NCBI RefSeq assembly: GCF_036321535.1
Contig: NC_087472.1
Span: forward strand, 92,878,001-92,942,000
DNA length: 64,000 nucleotides
From: Camelus dromedarius
Taxonomy: Eukaryota
Direction of reading: 5' to 3'
The notes under the pieces are model-generated. The model did not search any database and was not told the origin of the DNA. It saw nothing but the letters and a program-made list of their open reading frames with translations. Below, one piece after another: positions 1-13,440 of the stretch; positions within the stretch are counted from its first letter, which is position 1; every line of letters begins with the position of its first letter. The position numbers were made by a program, and so were the translations under genes.

Positions 1-29
1 AAAAAAACCCAGACAGACAGACATACATG

Positions 30-480
30 ACACTGCAATCCCTAAAAATTGATCCTGAGGAAGTAATCAGATGAAAATATGACCTCTTGAATCTTTGAAA
101 CTATGCATCACACACACTCTCATAGACATTATACATATCTAAGTGTTGTTGGTACTAGAGAGAAAATGTGAACACCAAATGTTCATCAATAAGAGATTGG
201 TTACATAAATTAAGACATAACAATTCAATACACTACTATTTGCCAATCTAATCACAATGTAGATTTGTATTTAATGACACTGACAGATATCCACACCATG
301 GGAGGGAGCAGAAGACAATTTCAAAACTGTATACATCCCACGATCCCTTTCATATCACAAACACACAGAAAAAAAGACTGCAAGAAGATATACATAAAAT
401 GTAAACACCTTTAATGCTGGTATTAAGGATGACATTTATAATACTCTCATAATAAGAAAGTCAATAAAAACATCTATTTT
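30..480 (+). mobile_element. Old L1 (L1ME/L1MC-like) 3' fragment
   Basis: Degenerate L1 3' motifs (aaatgttcatcaataagagattggttacataaatt ... gatttgtatttaatgacactg) ending in A-rich sequence. Subfamily judged by eye. Confidence 0.55.
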
Positions 481-518
481 GAAAAAAAGGATATAAAGAA
501 AAACTTTTAGTAACATAC

Positions 519-617
519 CTTTCTCATTATCAAACAGTATAAAATCCACTGACTTATAAATGAATTTCTATTTCTGATGTATAAGATTTTATAATTCTTT
601 TGTAGGGCAGAATTTGC
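519..617 (-). pseudogene. Candidate exon of damaged gene C (99 nt)
   Basis: Acceptor tttatttctcacaaag|, donor AAG|gtatgt. Phase 0 is open: ANSALQKNYKILYIRNRNSFISQWILYCLIMRK. Phase 1 reads CKFCPTKEL*NLIHQK*KFIYKSVDFILFDNEK. Confidence 0.6.
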
Positions 618-2450
618 CTTTGTGAGAAATAAATACACCATTTATTAGCTGTGTGACTTCTGAGAAATCATTTAACCTCTGCACATCAAAACGGTGAAAA
701 GCTGAGTTATGTAATTGGCACAAGAATATCAGTCTGTCACTATGTGTAAGAGAAAAAGAACCAGGGTCAGAATCTGAGTCCTTAGACCTAGAGAATGCTA
801 GTAAAATTCTCTAAAAACAATACCAGCCCTCAATAAAAGTCAAAAATCCTAGAGTTACCATTTTTGATATGCACATAGAAGATAGAAGGATCTTGTGTAG
901 TGTAGTACATCCATGTGAACTTTTAAACATTCTCCTTCCCTGGGTGTTTAATTTGTGATGAAGCCAACAATCTCTTAAAAAAAAAACAGCAAAGTATATA
1001 GCAAGCAATGTAGATGTGAATTCTTCCTAATGTCAAATTCTGATATTTAGATTTTTTAAGAAATTGAGGATGCTTTAAAATCATTTTAGCAGGTAAATTT
1101 AGAGGACAGAGCAATGAAGTGAAAATGCAGTGGATTAAAAATTAAGTGCGGTAGGCCTGTTAGCATTTAAGACATTTCAACAGTCAAAAATTTCCATTAA
1201 CAATCATGGAGGCGAGTTGTAATTGATCCCTTTTATCAAAGCACTGTGTTTAACAATGACAATTAATGATTCAAACAGTAGTAGGACATTACAACAAAGT
1301 CAGCTGCACTCAAGCAACTGGTGGATGGAATGCAGTTACTATAACACACCCTAACCAATTAAATTTCGACAAGGCTTTGGGATTTGCTGCTGCCCAGAAA
1401 CATCCTGCACCATGAAGAGTTTAATTGGCACAATCTAGGCATCATTGTCTGTGTATTTGTCCTTATATGGTTTCTAATTATTTTTAATATGGCTGTTGTT
1501 CTCACCAACAGGACCCCTTCTTTATAATTCTACTTACCATCCTCATATCTGATGCTATGTTCCCAATTCCATCCCCATATTCTTCACAGTACTTAGCAAA
1601 ATGCTGGACATTTCGCAGATGCTGAACTAAATGTACTGGCTTCAGTTAAAACAGCAAGACAACATAAGAAGCAAATAGGTCTTGTAATGCAGCTTGTCTC
1701 TCAGCCTAACAGCAATGCCTATTTACACCAACCCACTGGGGCTTGGCACATACACAGAATGGCTGACGTGCTCAAGCAACCATTACATGACGTGCTAGAG
1801 AAGGAGTGAGGGTTAAAAAAGGATGCTATGAGGATGCCCTCAAATGCACCTTTGAACATTATTACGGAACTTGGAAAGATTAGCTGCAACATTCAGTGTA
1901 GACTACAGAAAGGAGAAAGGGGATGACCTATTTTAAGCATTTAAAGCCCCAAAGTAGAAACATCAAGAAAACAACTGCTCATCGCTGCTATATTGTAGAC
2001 CAAGAATTATCTTTACCAAATGGTGGCATATATTATGGTTAAGTTTCTAGTAATTTCAGCCATACCTCACGTATACCCACCACAAAAAAATATGACCATC
2101 TATCTTCCCATCATTCTCAATCATTACTTATGAATTTCCCAACATATACCAACCAGGCTATTTTTTAATATGTATTGTGCAGTAAAATTAAAATGAGAAA
2201 ATATTTATTTCTTACTTATTCTAAACCCATATTGCCAGGCACACTGACCTGGGGATTTAATTATATAAAATATGCATACATGATGTGAAAATAGAGCTGG
2301 ATATTTTTCAAATTCAGTGAGTTAATTTTGATGTAAAAAATCAAATTCTTAATAAATCATGCACGCTACATAAACTTATGTATTTCTCCAACTTTAAAAG
2401 GATCGTTTTCAATTTTTCTTTTTTTTCAAGCCATTAAAACACCAACTTAC

Positions 2451-2509
2451 TTTGATCCAAGAAAAAAAGTAAAATTCTGAAGTGGTTATTTTTCCCAAAA
2501 TAAATATAT
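2451..2509 (-). pseudogene. Candidate 59-nt exon of gene C
   Basis: Strong donor AAA|gtaagt but weak acceptor ttttggag|. Phase 1 to 0 is open (YIFILGKITTSEFYFFSWIK) and links the 5079-5180 and 519-617 exons without stops. Confidence 0.4.
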
Positions 2510-3424
2510 CTCCAAAATTAGGACAAATAACTTGAAATATAGGTAGATAATTCAGACTATTTGAAAACCAGGACAGTTAAAATAAGTCTAGGATAAATGG
2601 CCAGTGTACCTATTTTAACTTAGGTAAAGAAAACAATTGATCTATAAAATATTCCTCCCTCAAAGTATTTTGTTGGCACAAAGTCAATAAGAGAAAAAAA
2701 ACACGGTAGTTGTTTTTATCACTCTATCCACAGTCTATCTCCGTATGTGACAGATATTAGACATTTAATTTACATTGTTTCTTTGAATGTGAGGGGAGGG
2801 AAAATTGTATCTGTATGTGTGTATGAGATAGAGGAAGAGAGAAATTTTTCCACAAAAGAAGCATCTTGGTCAACAGGAGGCACTTATTTTGTCTTACTGA
2901 GTCCCAAAATGATGACGCAAATATAGTCATTAGAAAAGATATAAATATGTGATTAGAAAAATACTATATTGTCAACTGGTAAGCTGAATAAGCTTCTATT
3001 TATATTGATGAGTAAATATGATTTTTAAGTAATTATTTAATTTTAAGAAAACAACTGCATTATGTAATTTCTAAACAAAATTCAAAGGACAATGGTTTGG
3101 TTTAGTGTCAATCCAACGCACCTCCACTACACTGAGAGAAAACCTGTGCTTCTCACTATGTTTCAGAAAATGAAGATTCTTATTTGATTATGTACACCCA
3201 AGTAAATATGCAGATTTGTCACAAATTTCAAAAACTGTATCCATACCCAGGGCTTTCAGAGTTTAAAGCTGGAGTAGGCCAGTGCAGCAAATAACATCCA
3301 TCCTTACAGCCAATAACAGTCTTAGACAATTTATGAAATAGGCACATTCATTTATTCATTCATACATTCAACAGTGCTGATATACAATGTCGAACACACT
3401 CATTAAGTGTGGGGAAGACAGTGG

Positions 3425-3988
3425 TGCAGGAGAGCCAAACTTGCCGCCACAAAACATCTCTTAGGTATGTAGATTATTTCATGCTGAAAACAGTCAAGGC
3501 CCAAAAGACTCAGGAAGAACCTTTGGCCTATCCCCCTAAACTGCCTATAAGAATGTAGACAGAGGACCTGTTCCAGGAAGGGGGCTATCACAATCGGTAA
3601 CTCTCGGATAATATGAAATAGGTGTGTAGACAGGGAGGCACCTAGCTGTTTGTTAAAATTCTGCTCTATGTCTCGTTGTCTCTGCATGATCCAGCAAACA
3701 TTTATTTACCAAATATTTGCTTTCCCAAGTCCATGTGAATAGCCTCCCACCGCAATTTGAGGTCCCAAACCACTACCCCAACATCCTCTCCTGTCTTTAG
3801 CTGAAGATGGTACTCAAGATGAGAGTTTTAGCCATTTTGGTGAGTTACTCCCTTCTCCTGGGTCTCTCACATGTATACATGTTATTAAACTTTTGATTTT
3901 CTCCTATTAATATTTCTCATGTCAACTGAATTCTTAGACCAGCCAGAAGAACCAGGAAGGGTAGAGGAAAATGTCTTCCTTCCTGATA
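3425..3988 (+). mobile_element. Solo ERV1 LTR, MER34A-like
   Basis: Starts TG with a MER34-like 5' end and ends cctgata (decayed CA). 4-bp TSD GTGG at 3421-3424 and 3989-3992. Confidence 0.8.
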
Positions 3989-5078
3989 GTGGTCAAAAAC
4001 ATTCATGGATCATGTCCTCAATCTGTTTATCGGGTCCCACCTCACCTCTCCCCATATCGGGGCCCAGTGCTCACACAATGCTCAGCTGTCTCTAGCGCCA
4101 GAAGACAGGGATCAGGGAAAAGCCTTTCCACATTGATAGTTGCCACTGAATGTGTTATCCACACAGAGTATTGGCCTTTTTAGAGAGGGCCTTGGAAATA
4201 AGTAGAAAGCACATAAGCATGAATAATTTTCAAAAAGGACTTTAATGAGGAAGTCCAAGCAGGACACTGGAATCAAGGGATTCTTACCAAGTGGGATGTC
4301 GAGACTGGCAGGAAGCTGGAACTTGTACTAGCACTAGAGCTTGTGGGGGTGGAGGGGGGCAGTGGTAAATATAAGGAACATGACCCAGAGCCAGGGAACA
4401 GAAGTTAGATAGGGTGCCAGAGCCCTATTCCAGGATGAAAACTGGACAGAAGTAAAACAGGCGAAATAGGGTTGAGCATCAGTGGTGAACTCAGCTGTGA
4501 AAGGCAGTGGAAGAGAAAGAGGAACCAGGATTCCTCATGCATCACTGCTCCTAGTAGGTGGTCATTAAATCTTTGTTAGAGCAAAACATTTGAGAGGAAA
4601 GATATCAGCCCCCTTCAGCTTTTATCTTTTCACTCACTCATTTAGCAGCTTTTAACTGAGCAATCAATAAAGTTATGTCTCTCATGGTAACAAGACTCCC
4701 TTCATTTATCATGTTTAGTAGTCACATAAAAACCATCCTCATTTTATTTTTTTTTTAACATTCCTTCCTTGCTTCACTAGATAAAACACATGGGAATGTG
4801 TTTGGTTTACAAAGTTCAATTATAAGGTCTGAGGGATAAACTCAGTATCATGAACATTTAAAAGTGTAATTTGTCTTTGGAACTGTTCTTAATACCATTA
4901 TACCAATACAGCTACAAATGTTGATGTTTAAGCCTGTAGAGATTAAGCTCGGTGCAGGCACAAAAAACACTACTGAATATAAATTATTTTCAGTAAGAAA
5001 AAAGGGTGATAATTTTTCTTAGTTATAACAGAACACATCAGAAGATGAAAATAGAGAAAAGTTAATCAAATTGCTTAC

Positions 5079-5180
5079 AATTCTCATCCCAAGAAAGGTG
5101 AATCAATTTAACACTATGCTCTGAATACGATAAAACTCGTTTAGGAAAGCGTTGGAAAATAAACAAATACCAATGCAGAC
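5079..5180 (-). pseudogene. Candidate exon of gene C (102 nt)
   Basis: Acceptor cagtag| with a poor pyrimidine tract, donor ATT|gtaagc. Phase 1-1 is open: (G)LHWYLFIFQRFPKRVLSYSEHSVKLIHLSWDEN, matching the phase of the upstream exon ending at 18437. Confidence 0.55.
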
Positions 5181-5533
5181 CTACTGGTCTCAATCATATT
5201 TTGTGCACATTAGCTAGGAAGAGTAAACAGCTCAGTAACTCCAATGCTCCTTCTATTGAAAAATGCCTACATGTTGAGGATCTACAGAATGGCCTCAGAT
5301 TCAGGTCTACTTCCTCTGGCAGAGTTAAGTTACTGAAAAAAAGGTTTTTTAATTTCTCTGGCCAAAATAAATGTCTCTGCTCACCAGATGAGTTAAGCTT
5401 CTACTTTTTTTTTTTTTTAATGCAGATTCCTCTCTTGTTCAAGAGATTTAGCCCAGACAGTGGTTCTGGATGATTCTTATTACCCTGCTGCCCAGCTGGA
5501 TTGGAAAGCCAGACTTCTTTGACATCACAGGTT

Positions 5534-5687
5534 TTTTTCTTTCTTCTTCTTTTTTTTGGGGGGTGGGGGGTGAGGGAGAAAGTTAGGTTTATTTATTTAC
5601 TTATTTTTAATGGAGGTGCTGGGGATTGAATCCAGGACCTCGTGCATACTAAGCATGTGCTCCACCACTGAGCTATACCTTACCCTC
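5534..5687 (-). mobile_element. tRNA-derived SINE (camelid vic-1-like)
   Basis: Minus strand reads ggtatagctcagtggtggagcacatgcttagtatgcacgaggtcctggattcaatcccc (pol III A and B boxes) with an A-rich tail. TSD acatcacaggtt / acatcatagttt. Confidence 0.9.
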
Positions 5688-6739
5688 AACATCATAGTTT
5701 CTTGATAGAGATCACAGACATTTAGGGATATCTCTAATGATTTTAATGTAGCTGTTTTAAGTGACACATGAGCACTGGACTACCAACTGTCCACGTTCAT
5801 GACAGGAAGGTTGCAAAATACAAAATATATTACTGACTGAAATCAGTAGTATTATTTTTGCTATTAAATATGTTTTTATCCTTTTGGCTAGCAAGTGTGC
5901 TGGAAGGAATTTTTAAATTTCTGTTCTGCTTAGATACTGAAGTATAACTAGGATACTCCATTTAGCAGCTAAACATGTGGGGCCCCTGAGATTAAATTTT
6001 CATTAAAATTTCATGGCATAACTTGAAGTGAGCATGTCCCTTTGTCCTTTTGATCTATTTATTAGTGTCTTTTCTGGTTTTTGAAGAGCCCTTTTGACGG
6101 ACTTGAGAAAAAAAAATGCAACTGTAATTCAGGAGCAATTGAACCAATGTGGACATTTTAGGAGGCCAAAGACAAACTTCATGAGAATTAAGTTCTACTT
6201 AATCAATGTGATTTGCTGGGAATTTTGAGCACAGAAGGGTGTTTTCTGTACTTATAGGTATTAGTTTTTACATGTACAAGTGGAAACATCTAACTTTCGT
6301 AGTTTAGTTCTTGTCAGTATCACACCTTGGTATAATGTGAGAGTTAAGAGAATTACTGCAGTTTATATTCTTAGACACTGGTTGAGCTGTGGCTGGGATT
6401 CAGTTATTCTGATTCCAAATCTCATTCTGATTTCATGACCCTGAGATGCTTCACCTTAAATGAGTGCAAGGAACAATTCTGTTATATTATGAAGTCTCTG
6501 AGGGTCCAAATACACCTGTAACCAAAAATTACAGGCACAGATAAGGACAGAATCCATCTTGTTCCAATATAACAGATAAGGCTGGCTTTTTTCATCTTAG
6601 CTTTACTTTCAGCCACAAAGCTCTATTTTCCCTAATTTTTCAGCCTTAAGGAATCAAAGTCCCTTCTAATTGACTATCTAGACAAAAATCCCAAAGCTCT
6701 GGCTAAAACTGATGGATCACCACAGTATTTATTGAACCT

Positions 6740-7015
6740 TGAAGTGGAGCAGATTTTGTCACCCCAAAATATGCCACTCTGGCACAAGGATTATTTTGAA
6801 CTGGTTATTTTTAAGAAATAACAGACATAAGAGTAGCTCTGAAAACCAATTGGAAGTTACCCTTTTGTAAGGGAAATTTATATTTATAAAGGAAATCTTC
6901 ATTTGTAAGGGTGTCTCCCTTTGTGTACCAGGAAGATAAGGACTGAATCTAGAAACTCTTATCAATAGAGAAGGCAATGACTTAAATCTGCCTAACAACC
7001 ATACCCTTCTTTACT
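6740..7015 (+). mobile_element. 5' part of ERV1 LTR (MER34B/C-like), truncated
   Basis: tgaagtggagcagattttgtcaccccaaaatatgccactctggcacaaggattattttgaactg is a MER34-type LTR start. No LTR 3' end is visible. Confidence 0.7.
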
Positions 7016-8130
7016 TCTCCACAAATAATAAAAAAGACTTTAGCCATCTGAGTAGACTTAAATGATACCAATTATTATTTATAAACCAGTGAGTTTTGTA
7101 TTGTACCTTATTCACGACTGAAGTTTTAAAACAAATTTACAAGATCTTTGTCCACATCTACCTGTATGTATGTATCTGTATCAATGTACATAATAGGTAT
7201 GGAATTTTTCTCCCTTCAGATGGTATAGCCAAAATTAATTTGTATAAGAATTCTATTTAATTGGCTTAAACAAACAAGTGCTTATATAAAATTCTCAGAA
7301 ATATAAAAGAAACTAACCCAAATCAGTTTCAGGTTCACAAGATCCAGGAAAATATTTAGTATTAAACTAACAAACTTAAACTAGCTTTAACAATAAATAA
7401 GTTAAATAAATGTACATGAGACAGCACTTGTAGGCAAATTTTTAAACCATTATTATTTTATGATATATCTACTTAAAATAGTTTCCTAAATCTCTTGGTA
7501 ACTTACACACTTAGAAATTGTTCAACAAGTCTAAATTTACCCACTTTTGACTTATTACAGAGAGGTGTTCGGGTCCATTAGTAAAAACATGTACCTTGTG
7601 CATTATTCAAAGATTATACTATGAAGTAGCATATGTTTCTAAAAATTACAAAATGTGTAAGTCTGCAAAGCCACAAAAAGTTAATACAATTCAAAATTAC
7701 CTCTTTATTTTCACTAAAAAATTAAGATTTCAAAGGATTAAGAATACAACAAATATGTGATTAAAGCCACTAAAAATAAATAAGTAGATAAATAAGGGAA
7801 ACATGTTTGTATGCAAGGAAAGTATGATGTAAAAGATTTATGAAAAAGGAATCTTCACAAAAGAATTTTATGTGTGGTCAAGCTAGATATGATTAGAGTA
7901 AATTTAATTAAGTAAATGAGCTTTAATATCAATAGTAAACTGGTGAAAAATTAAAATTAAAGTTTTTTCTTAGATTATTTTGTCTATTAACGAGAAATTT
8001 TAAACAAATATTTTCTCCACCTTTAAAATAACCTATCTAGAGAAACAAAGACTCTATATTTTATCTTTATCGGGTCTTTGACTACGTAGGTAAACAATGA
8101 GTCTTTTCAATATTAAAAGAGCTAAGGCTT
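7016..8130 (+). mobile_element. ERV1 non-coding internal sequence (MER34/MER4-group int), left part
   Basis: AT-rich MER4-group internal motifs. The sequence resumes at 13441 once the L1s are removed. Confidence 0.65.
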
Positions 8131-9752
8131 AAGAAGAACTCATACCAGTCGTTCTCAAACTCTTCCATAAGACTGAAAATGAGGGAATACTCCCAAACTC
8201 ATTCTATGAAGCCACCATCATCCTGATACCAAAACCAGGAAAAGACACCACCAAAAAAGAGAATTACAGACCACTATCACTGATGAACATAGGTGCAAAA
8301 ATCCCTAACAAAATATTAGCAAATAGAATCCAACAGTACATAAAAAAGATTATACATCATGATTAAGTGGGGTTCATTCCAGGGACACAAGGGTGGTTCA
8401 ACATACACAAATCAATGTAATACATCACGTCAACAAGAGAAAGGGCAAAAACCACACGATCATCTCAATAGATTCAGAAAAAGCATTCGATAAAATTCAA
8501 CACCCATTTATGATAAAAATTCTCACCAAAGTGTGTATAGAGGGATCATATCTCAACATAATAAAAGCTATATATGACAAACCTACAGCCAGTATAGTAC
8601 TCAATGGTGAAAAACTCAAAAGCTTCCCACTAAAATCTGGGACAAGACAAGGATGCCCACTATCACCACTCCTATTCAACATAGTCTTGGAAGTCCTAGC
8701 AACAGCAATCAGGCAAGAGAGAGAAATAAAAGGGATCCAAACTGGAAAAGAAGAGGTAAAAGTGTCACTATATGCTGATGACATGATACCATATATAGTA
8801 TGCTATATATATACTATATATATAATCCCACAGCAAGCAATTCTCCAAGGAAGAAATACAAATGATCAATAGGCACATGAAAAAAATGCTCAATATCACT
8901 AATTATCAGAGAAATGCAAATCAAAACTACGATGAGGTATCACCTCACACCAGCCAGAATGGCCATCATTCAAAAGTCCACAAATGATAAATGCTGGAAA
9001 GAATGTGGAGAAAAGGGAACCCTCCTACACTGCTGGTGGGAATGCAGTTTGGTGCAGTCACTGTGGAAAACAGTATGGAGATATCTCAAAAGACTAGGAA
9101 CAGACTTGCCATATGACCCAGTAATCTCACTCCTGGGTATATATCCAGAAGGAACCCTACTTCAAAAAGACACTTGCACCCCAATGTTCATAGCAGCACT
9201 ATTTACAATAGCTAAGACATGGAAACAGCCTAAATGTCCATCAACAGATGACTGGATAAAGAAGAGGTGGTATATTTATACAATGGAATACTATTCAGCT
9301 GTAAAAAATGACAACATAACGCCATATGCAGCAACATGGATGTTCCTGGAGCATGTCATTCTAAGTGAAGTAAGCCAGAAAGAGAAAGAAAAATACCATA
9401 TGAGATCACTCATATGTGGAATTTAAAAAGAAAAGAAAAGAACATAAATACAAAACAGAAACAGACTCAGACACAGAATACAAACTTGTGGTTGCCAAGG
9501 GCGAGGGGTGGGAAGGGATAGACTGGGAGTCCATAATTTGTAGATACTGACAGGCATATGCAGAACAGATAAACAAGATTATACTGTATAGCACAGGGAA
9601 ATATATACAAGATCTTGAGGTAGCTCACAGCGAAAAAAAATGTGACAATTAATATACGTATGTTCATGTATAACTGAAAAATTGTGCTCTACACTGGAAT
9701 TTGACACAACATTGTAAAACGACTATAACTCAATAAAAAAATGTTTTAAAAA
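8131..9752 (+). mobile_element. Young 5'-truncated L1 with internal deletion
   Basis: ORF 8393-8872 is the RT domain ([25 protein letters not shown]). ORF 8914-9426 is the ORF2 C-terminus ([13 protein letters not shown]). 3' UTR, polyA tail, and TSD aaaagagctaag(g/t)ctt at 8115-8130 and 9753-9768. Confidence 0.95.
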
Positions 9753-9768
9753 AAAAGAGCTAAGTCTT

Positions 9769-12700
9769 AATTTGAGGATGGCAGAGTAGGAAGACCCTAA
9801 GCTCATATACTCCCACAGGCACAACAAAAATGCAACTATTTACAGAGCAGCTCTGATGAGAAAGATCAGAACCTAGCAAAAAAAAAAAAAAAACCTACAA
9901 CAAAAGATATAAAGAAGGAACCACAATGAGACAGACAGGAGGGCTGGAGACACAGTATAGTCAATCCCAATACCCTTGGGTCGGTGTCCCACAAATAGGA
10001 GGATAATTACAATTGTAGAGGTTCTCCTCAAGCAGTGAGGGGTCTGAGCAACACATTAGGCTCCCTAGCACAGTGCAGAGGTCCTGAACCAGGAATATGA
10101 AGCCTCAGAACATCTGGCTTTAAAGCCAGTGGGGCTTACTTTCAGAAGAGCCACAGAGCTGTGGGAAATTGATTCCACTCTTAAAGAGAGCACACAAATC
10201 TGACATACTCTGGGACCTAGAGAAGAAAGAGTAATTTGAAAGAAGCTTGGGTCAGACCCACCTGTTAATCTGGGAGATCTGGGGTGTCTCCCAGAAAGGC
10301 AGGAGGCAACTGGAGCTCACTCAGGGGACACAGGCAGTGGCAATAGTCATTTTTGGGAGTTCGTTTTACCATACATACATTCAAAATATCCTCAATAAAA
10401 TATTAGTAAAGAAAATCCAACAATATATTAAAATGGTCACACACCATGATCAAGTCAGATTTACCCCAGGGATGCAAGGACCATTCAACATTCACAAATC
10501 AGTCAGTGTGATACACCACATTAACAAATTGAAGAATTAAAAAATCATACGATCATCTCAATAAATGCAGAAAAAGCTTTCGACAATTTCAACAACCATT
10601 TATGATAAAAATTCCCCAGAACACAGGTGTAGAAGGAACGTACCTCAATATAATAAAGGCCACATATGATAATCCCACAGCAAACATCATAGTCAATGAT
10701 GGAAAGCTAAAAGCATTCCTCAGGAACAAGGACAAGGATGCCCACTCTTGCCACTTTTATTCAACATAGTATTGGGAAGTCCTAGCCATAGCACTCAGAC
10801 AAGGAAAAGAAATGAAAGAAATCCAAACTGGAGAGGAAGAAGTAAAACTGTCACTGTCTGCAGATGATACGATACCAGACATAGAAAATCTTAAAGATGC
10901 CACCAAAAAACTACTACAGTGCATCAATGTATTCAGTAAAGTTGCAAGATACAAAACTAATATAAAGAAATCTGTTGCATTTATATACAGTAAAAAATGA
11001 ACTGTCAAAAATTAAGGAAACAATTCCATTTACAATCACATCAAAAAGAATAAAATATCTAAGAATAAATCTATGAAGATAAAACACCTTTACTAGGAAA
11101 ACTCTAAGACATTGATGAAAGAAATTGAAGATGACACAAACAGATTGAAAGATATACTGTGTTCATGGATTGGAAGAATTAACATTGTTAAAAAGACCAT
11201 ACTACCCAAGGAATTTTACAGATTCAATGTAATCCCTATCAAAATACCCATGGCACTGTTCACAAAACTAGAACAAATAATTCTAAAATTTGTATGAAAA
11301 CACAAAAGACCCTGAATAGCCAAAACAATCTTGAGAGGGAAGAACAAAGTTGGAGGTGTTTCCTGATTTCAAACTATACTACAAAGCCACAGTAATCAAA
11401 ACTGTTTGGTTCTGGCACTAAAACAGACACATAGATCAGTGGAACAGAATAGAGAGCCCAGAATGAACCTATACTTATCTGGGCAATTAATCTATGACAA
11501 TGAGGCAAGAATATGTAATGGGGAAAAGATAGGCTCTTCACCAAATGATGTCGGGAAACTGGACAGCTACATGCAAAAGAAACAAACCAAAGTACTCTCT
11601 CACACCATGCACAAAAATAAATTCAAAATGGATTAAAGACCTAATTGTAAAACCTGAAATCATAAAACTTCTAGAATAAAACATAGACAGTACATTCTTT
11701 GACACTGTTCTTTGTAATTTTTTTTTTGATATGTCTCCTCAGGCAAGGGAAACAAAAGCAGTAACAAATGAAACTACATCAAACTAAAAAGCTTTTGAAC
11801 AGCAAAAGAAACCATCAAGAAAATGAAAAGGCCACCTACTGAAAGAGAGAAGGTATCTGCAAATGATACATCTGATAAGAGGTTACTATCCAAAATATAC
11901 AAAGAACTCATACAACTCAACATCAAAATAAAACCCACTTGCACAGGGAACTATGTTCAATATCTTGTAGCTTACAGTGAAAAAGAATATGAAAACATAT
12001 GTATATTCATATATGACTGAAGCATTATGCTGTATACCAGAAATTAACATTGTAAACTGACTATACTTCAATAAAAATAAATACAATAAAATATATATAT
12101 ATATACAAAATTTTAAAAAAATTAAAAACACGCAGAGAACCTGAACATTTTCCCAAGTAAGACATATAGATGGCCAACGGGCACATGAAAAGATACTCAA
12201 CATCTCTAATTATCGCAAATTCAAACTGCAATGAGCTATCACCTCACACCTGTCAGAATGGCTATCATCAAAAAGGCAACAAATAACAAGTGTTGTGAAG
12301 GACGTGGAGAAAAGTGAACCCTAGTTCACTGATGGAGGGAATATAAATTGGTGCAACCACTATGGAAGACAGTAAAGAGATTACTCAAAAAATTACAAAT
12401 ACAGCTACCATTACGTGATCCAGCAATGCCACTCCTGGGTATTTATCCAAAGAAAACAAAAACACTAATTAGAAAAGATAAATGCATCCCTATGTCTACT
12501 GCAGTATTTACAACAGCCAAGATACGGAAGCAATGTTAAGTGTCCATCAACAGATGAACAGACAAAAATGATGGGTATGTTTGTGTATGTGTGTGTGTAT
12601 ATACACACATACACACACACACACAACGGAATATTAGCCATAAAAAAGAATGAAACCTTGCCATTTGCGGCAACATGGTTTGACCTAGTGGGTATTATGT

Positions 12701-13440
12701 TAAGTAAAATGAGTCAAAGAAAGACAAATACCATCTGACTTCACTTAGGTGTGGAATCTGAAAATACAAATAAACAAACATAACAAAATAAAGAGTTATA
12801 TGTACAAACAGGTGTTTTCCAGAGGCAAGGGAGAGGAAAGAAATAGGTGAGAGAGATTAAGAGGTACAAACTTTCAGTTACAAAATAAATGAGTCAGGGG
12901 TATAAAAGGTACAGTGTGGGGGATATAGTCAATAATTATGTAATATCTTTGCATGGTGACATATCTTAACTAGAGTTATTGTGGTCATCGTTTTGAAATG
13001 AATAGAAATATTGAATCACTATGTTATGTAACAGAAACTAACATAGTGCTACAGGTCAATGGTATTTCAAAAACAAACCCAGAAAAAAAGTGATCAGATT
13101 TGTGGTTGCCAGATAGGGATTGGGGGAGGTGGAATTGGATGAAGGTAGTCAAAAGGTACACACTTTCAGTTATAAGAGAAACAAGTCCTAGGAATGTAAT
13201 ATACAACATGCTAAATATAAGTAACACTGTTGTATGTTATATATGAAAGTTGTTGAGAGTAAATTTTAAGAGTTCTCATCAAAAGAAAAGTTTTTTTCTA
13301 TTTAATTCTGTACTTAGCCAGATGATCGATGTTCACTAAACATATTGTGATGACTTCATGACGTATGTAAATCAAATCGTTATGCTATATAGCTTAATCA
13401 GTACTGTATGTCCATTATATCTCAATAAAACTGTAAGGAA
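9769..13440 (+). mobile_element. Older L1 (L1MA9-related): 5' UTR joined directly to decayed ORF2 RT-to-C-terminus, tandem 3' UTR
   Basis: L1 5' UTR-like sequence at ~9775-10370. Frameshifted ORF2 pieces at 10381-12700 ([25 protein letters not shown]). Two 3' UTR-like blocks ending caataaaactg. Confidence 0.9.
11941..12125 (+). mobile_element. Short L1 3'-end insertion nested in the older L1
   Basis: gcacagggaactatgttcaatatcttgtag...gactatacttcaataaaaa resembles the 3' end at 9590-9740 and interrupts ORF2 of the host L1. Confidence 0.8.

Noticed and set aside
8393..9426. Reverse-transcriptase ORFs as a host gene or novel RT system
   Set aside because: They are ordinary L1 ORF2 fragments within a TSD-flanked, polyA-tailed, truncated L1.
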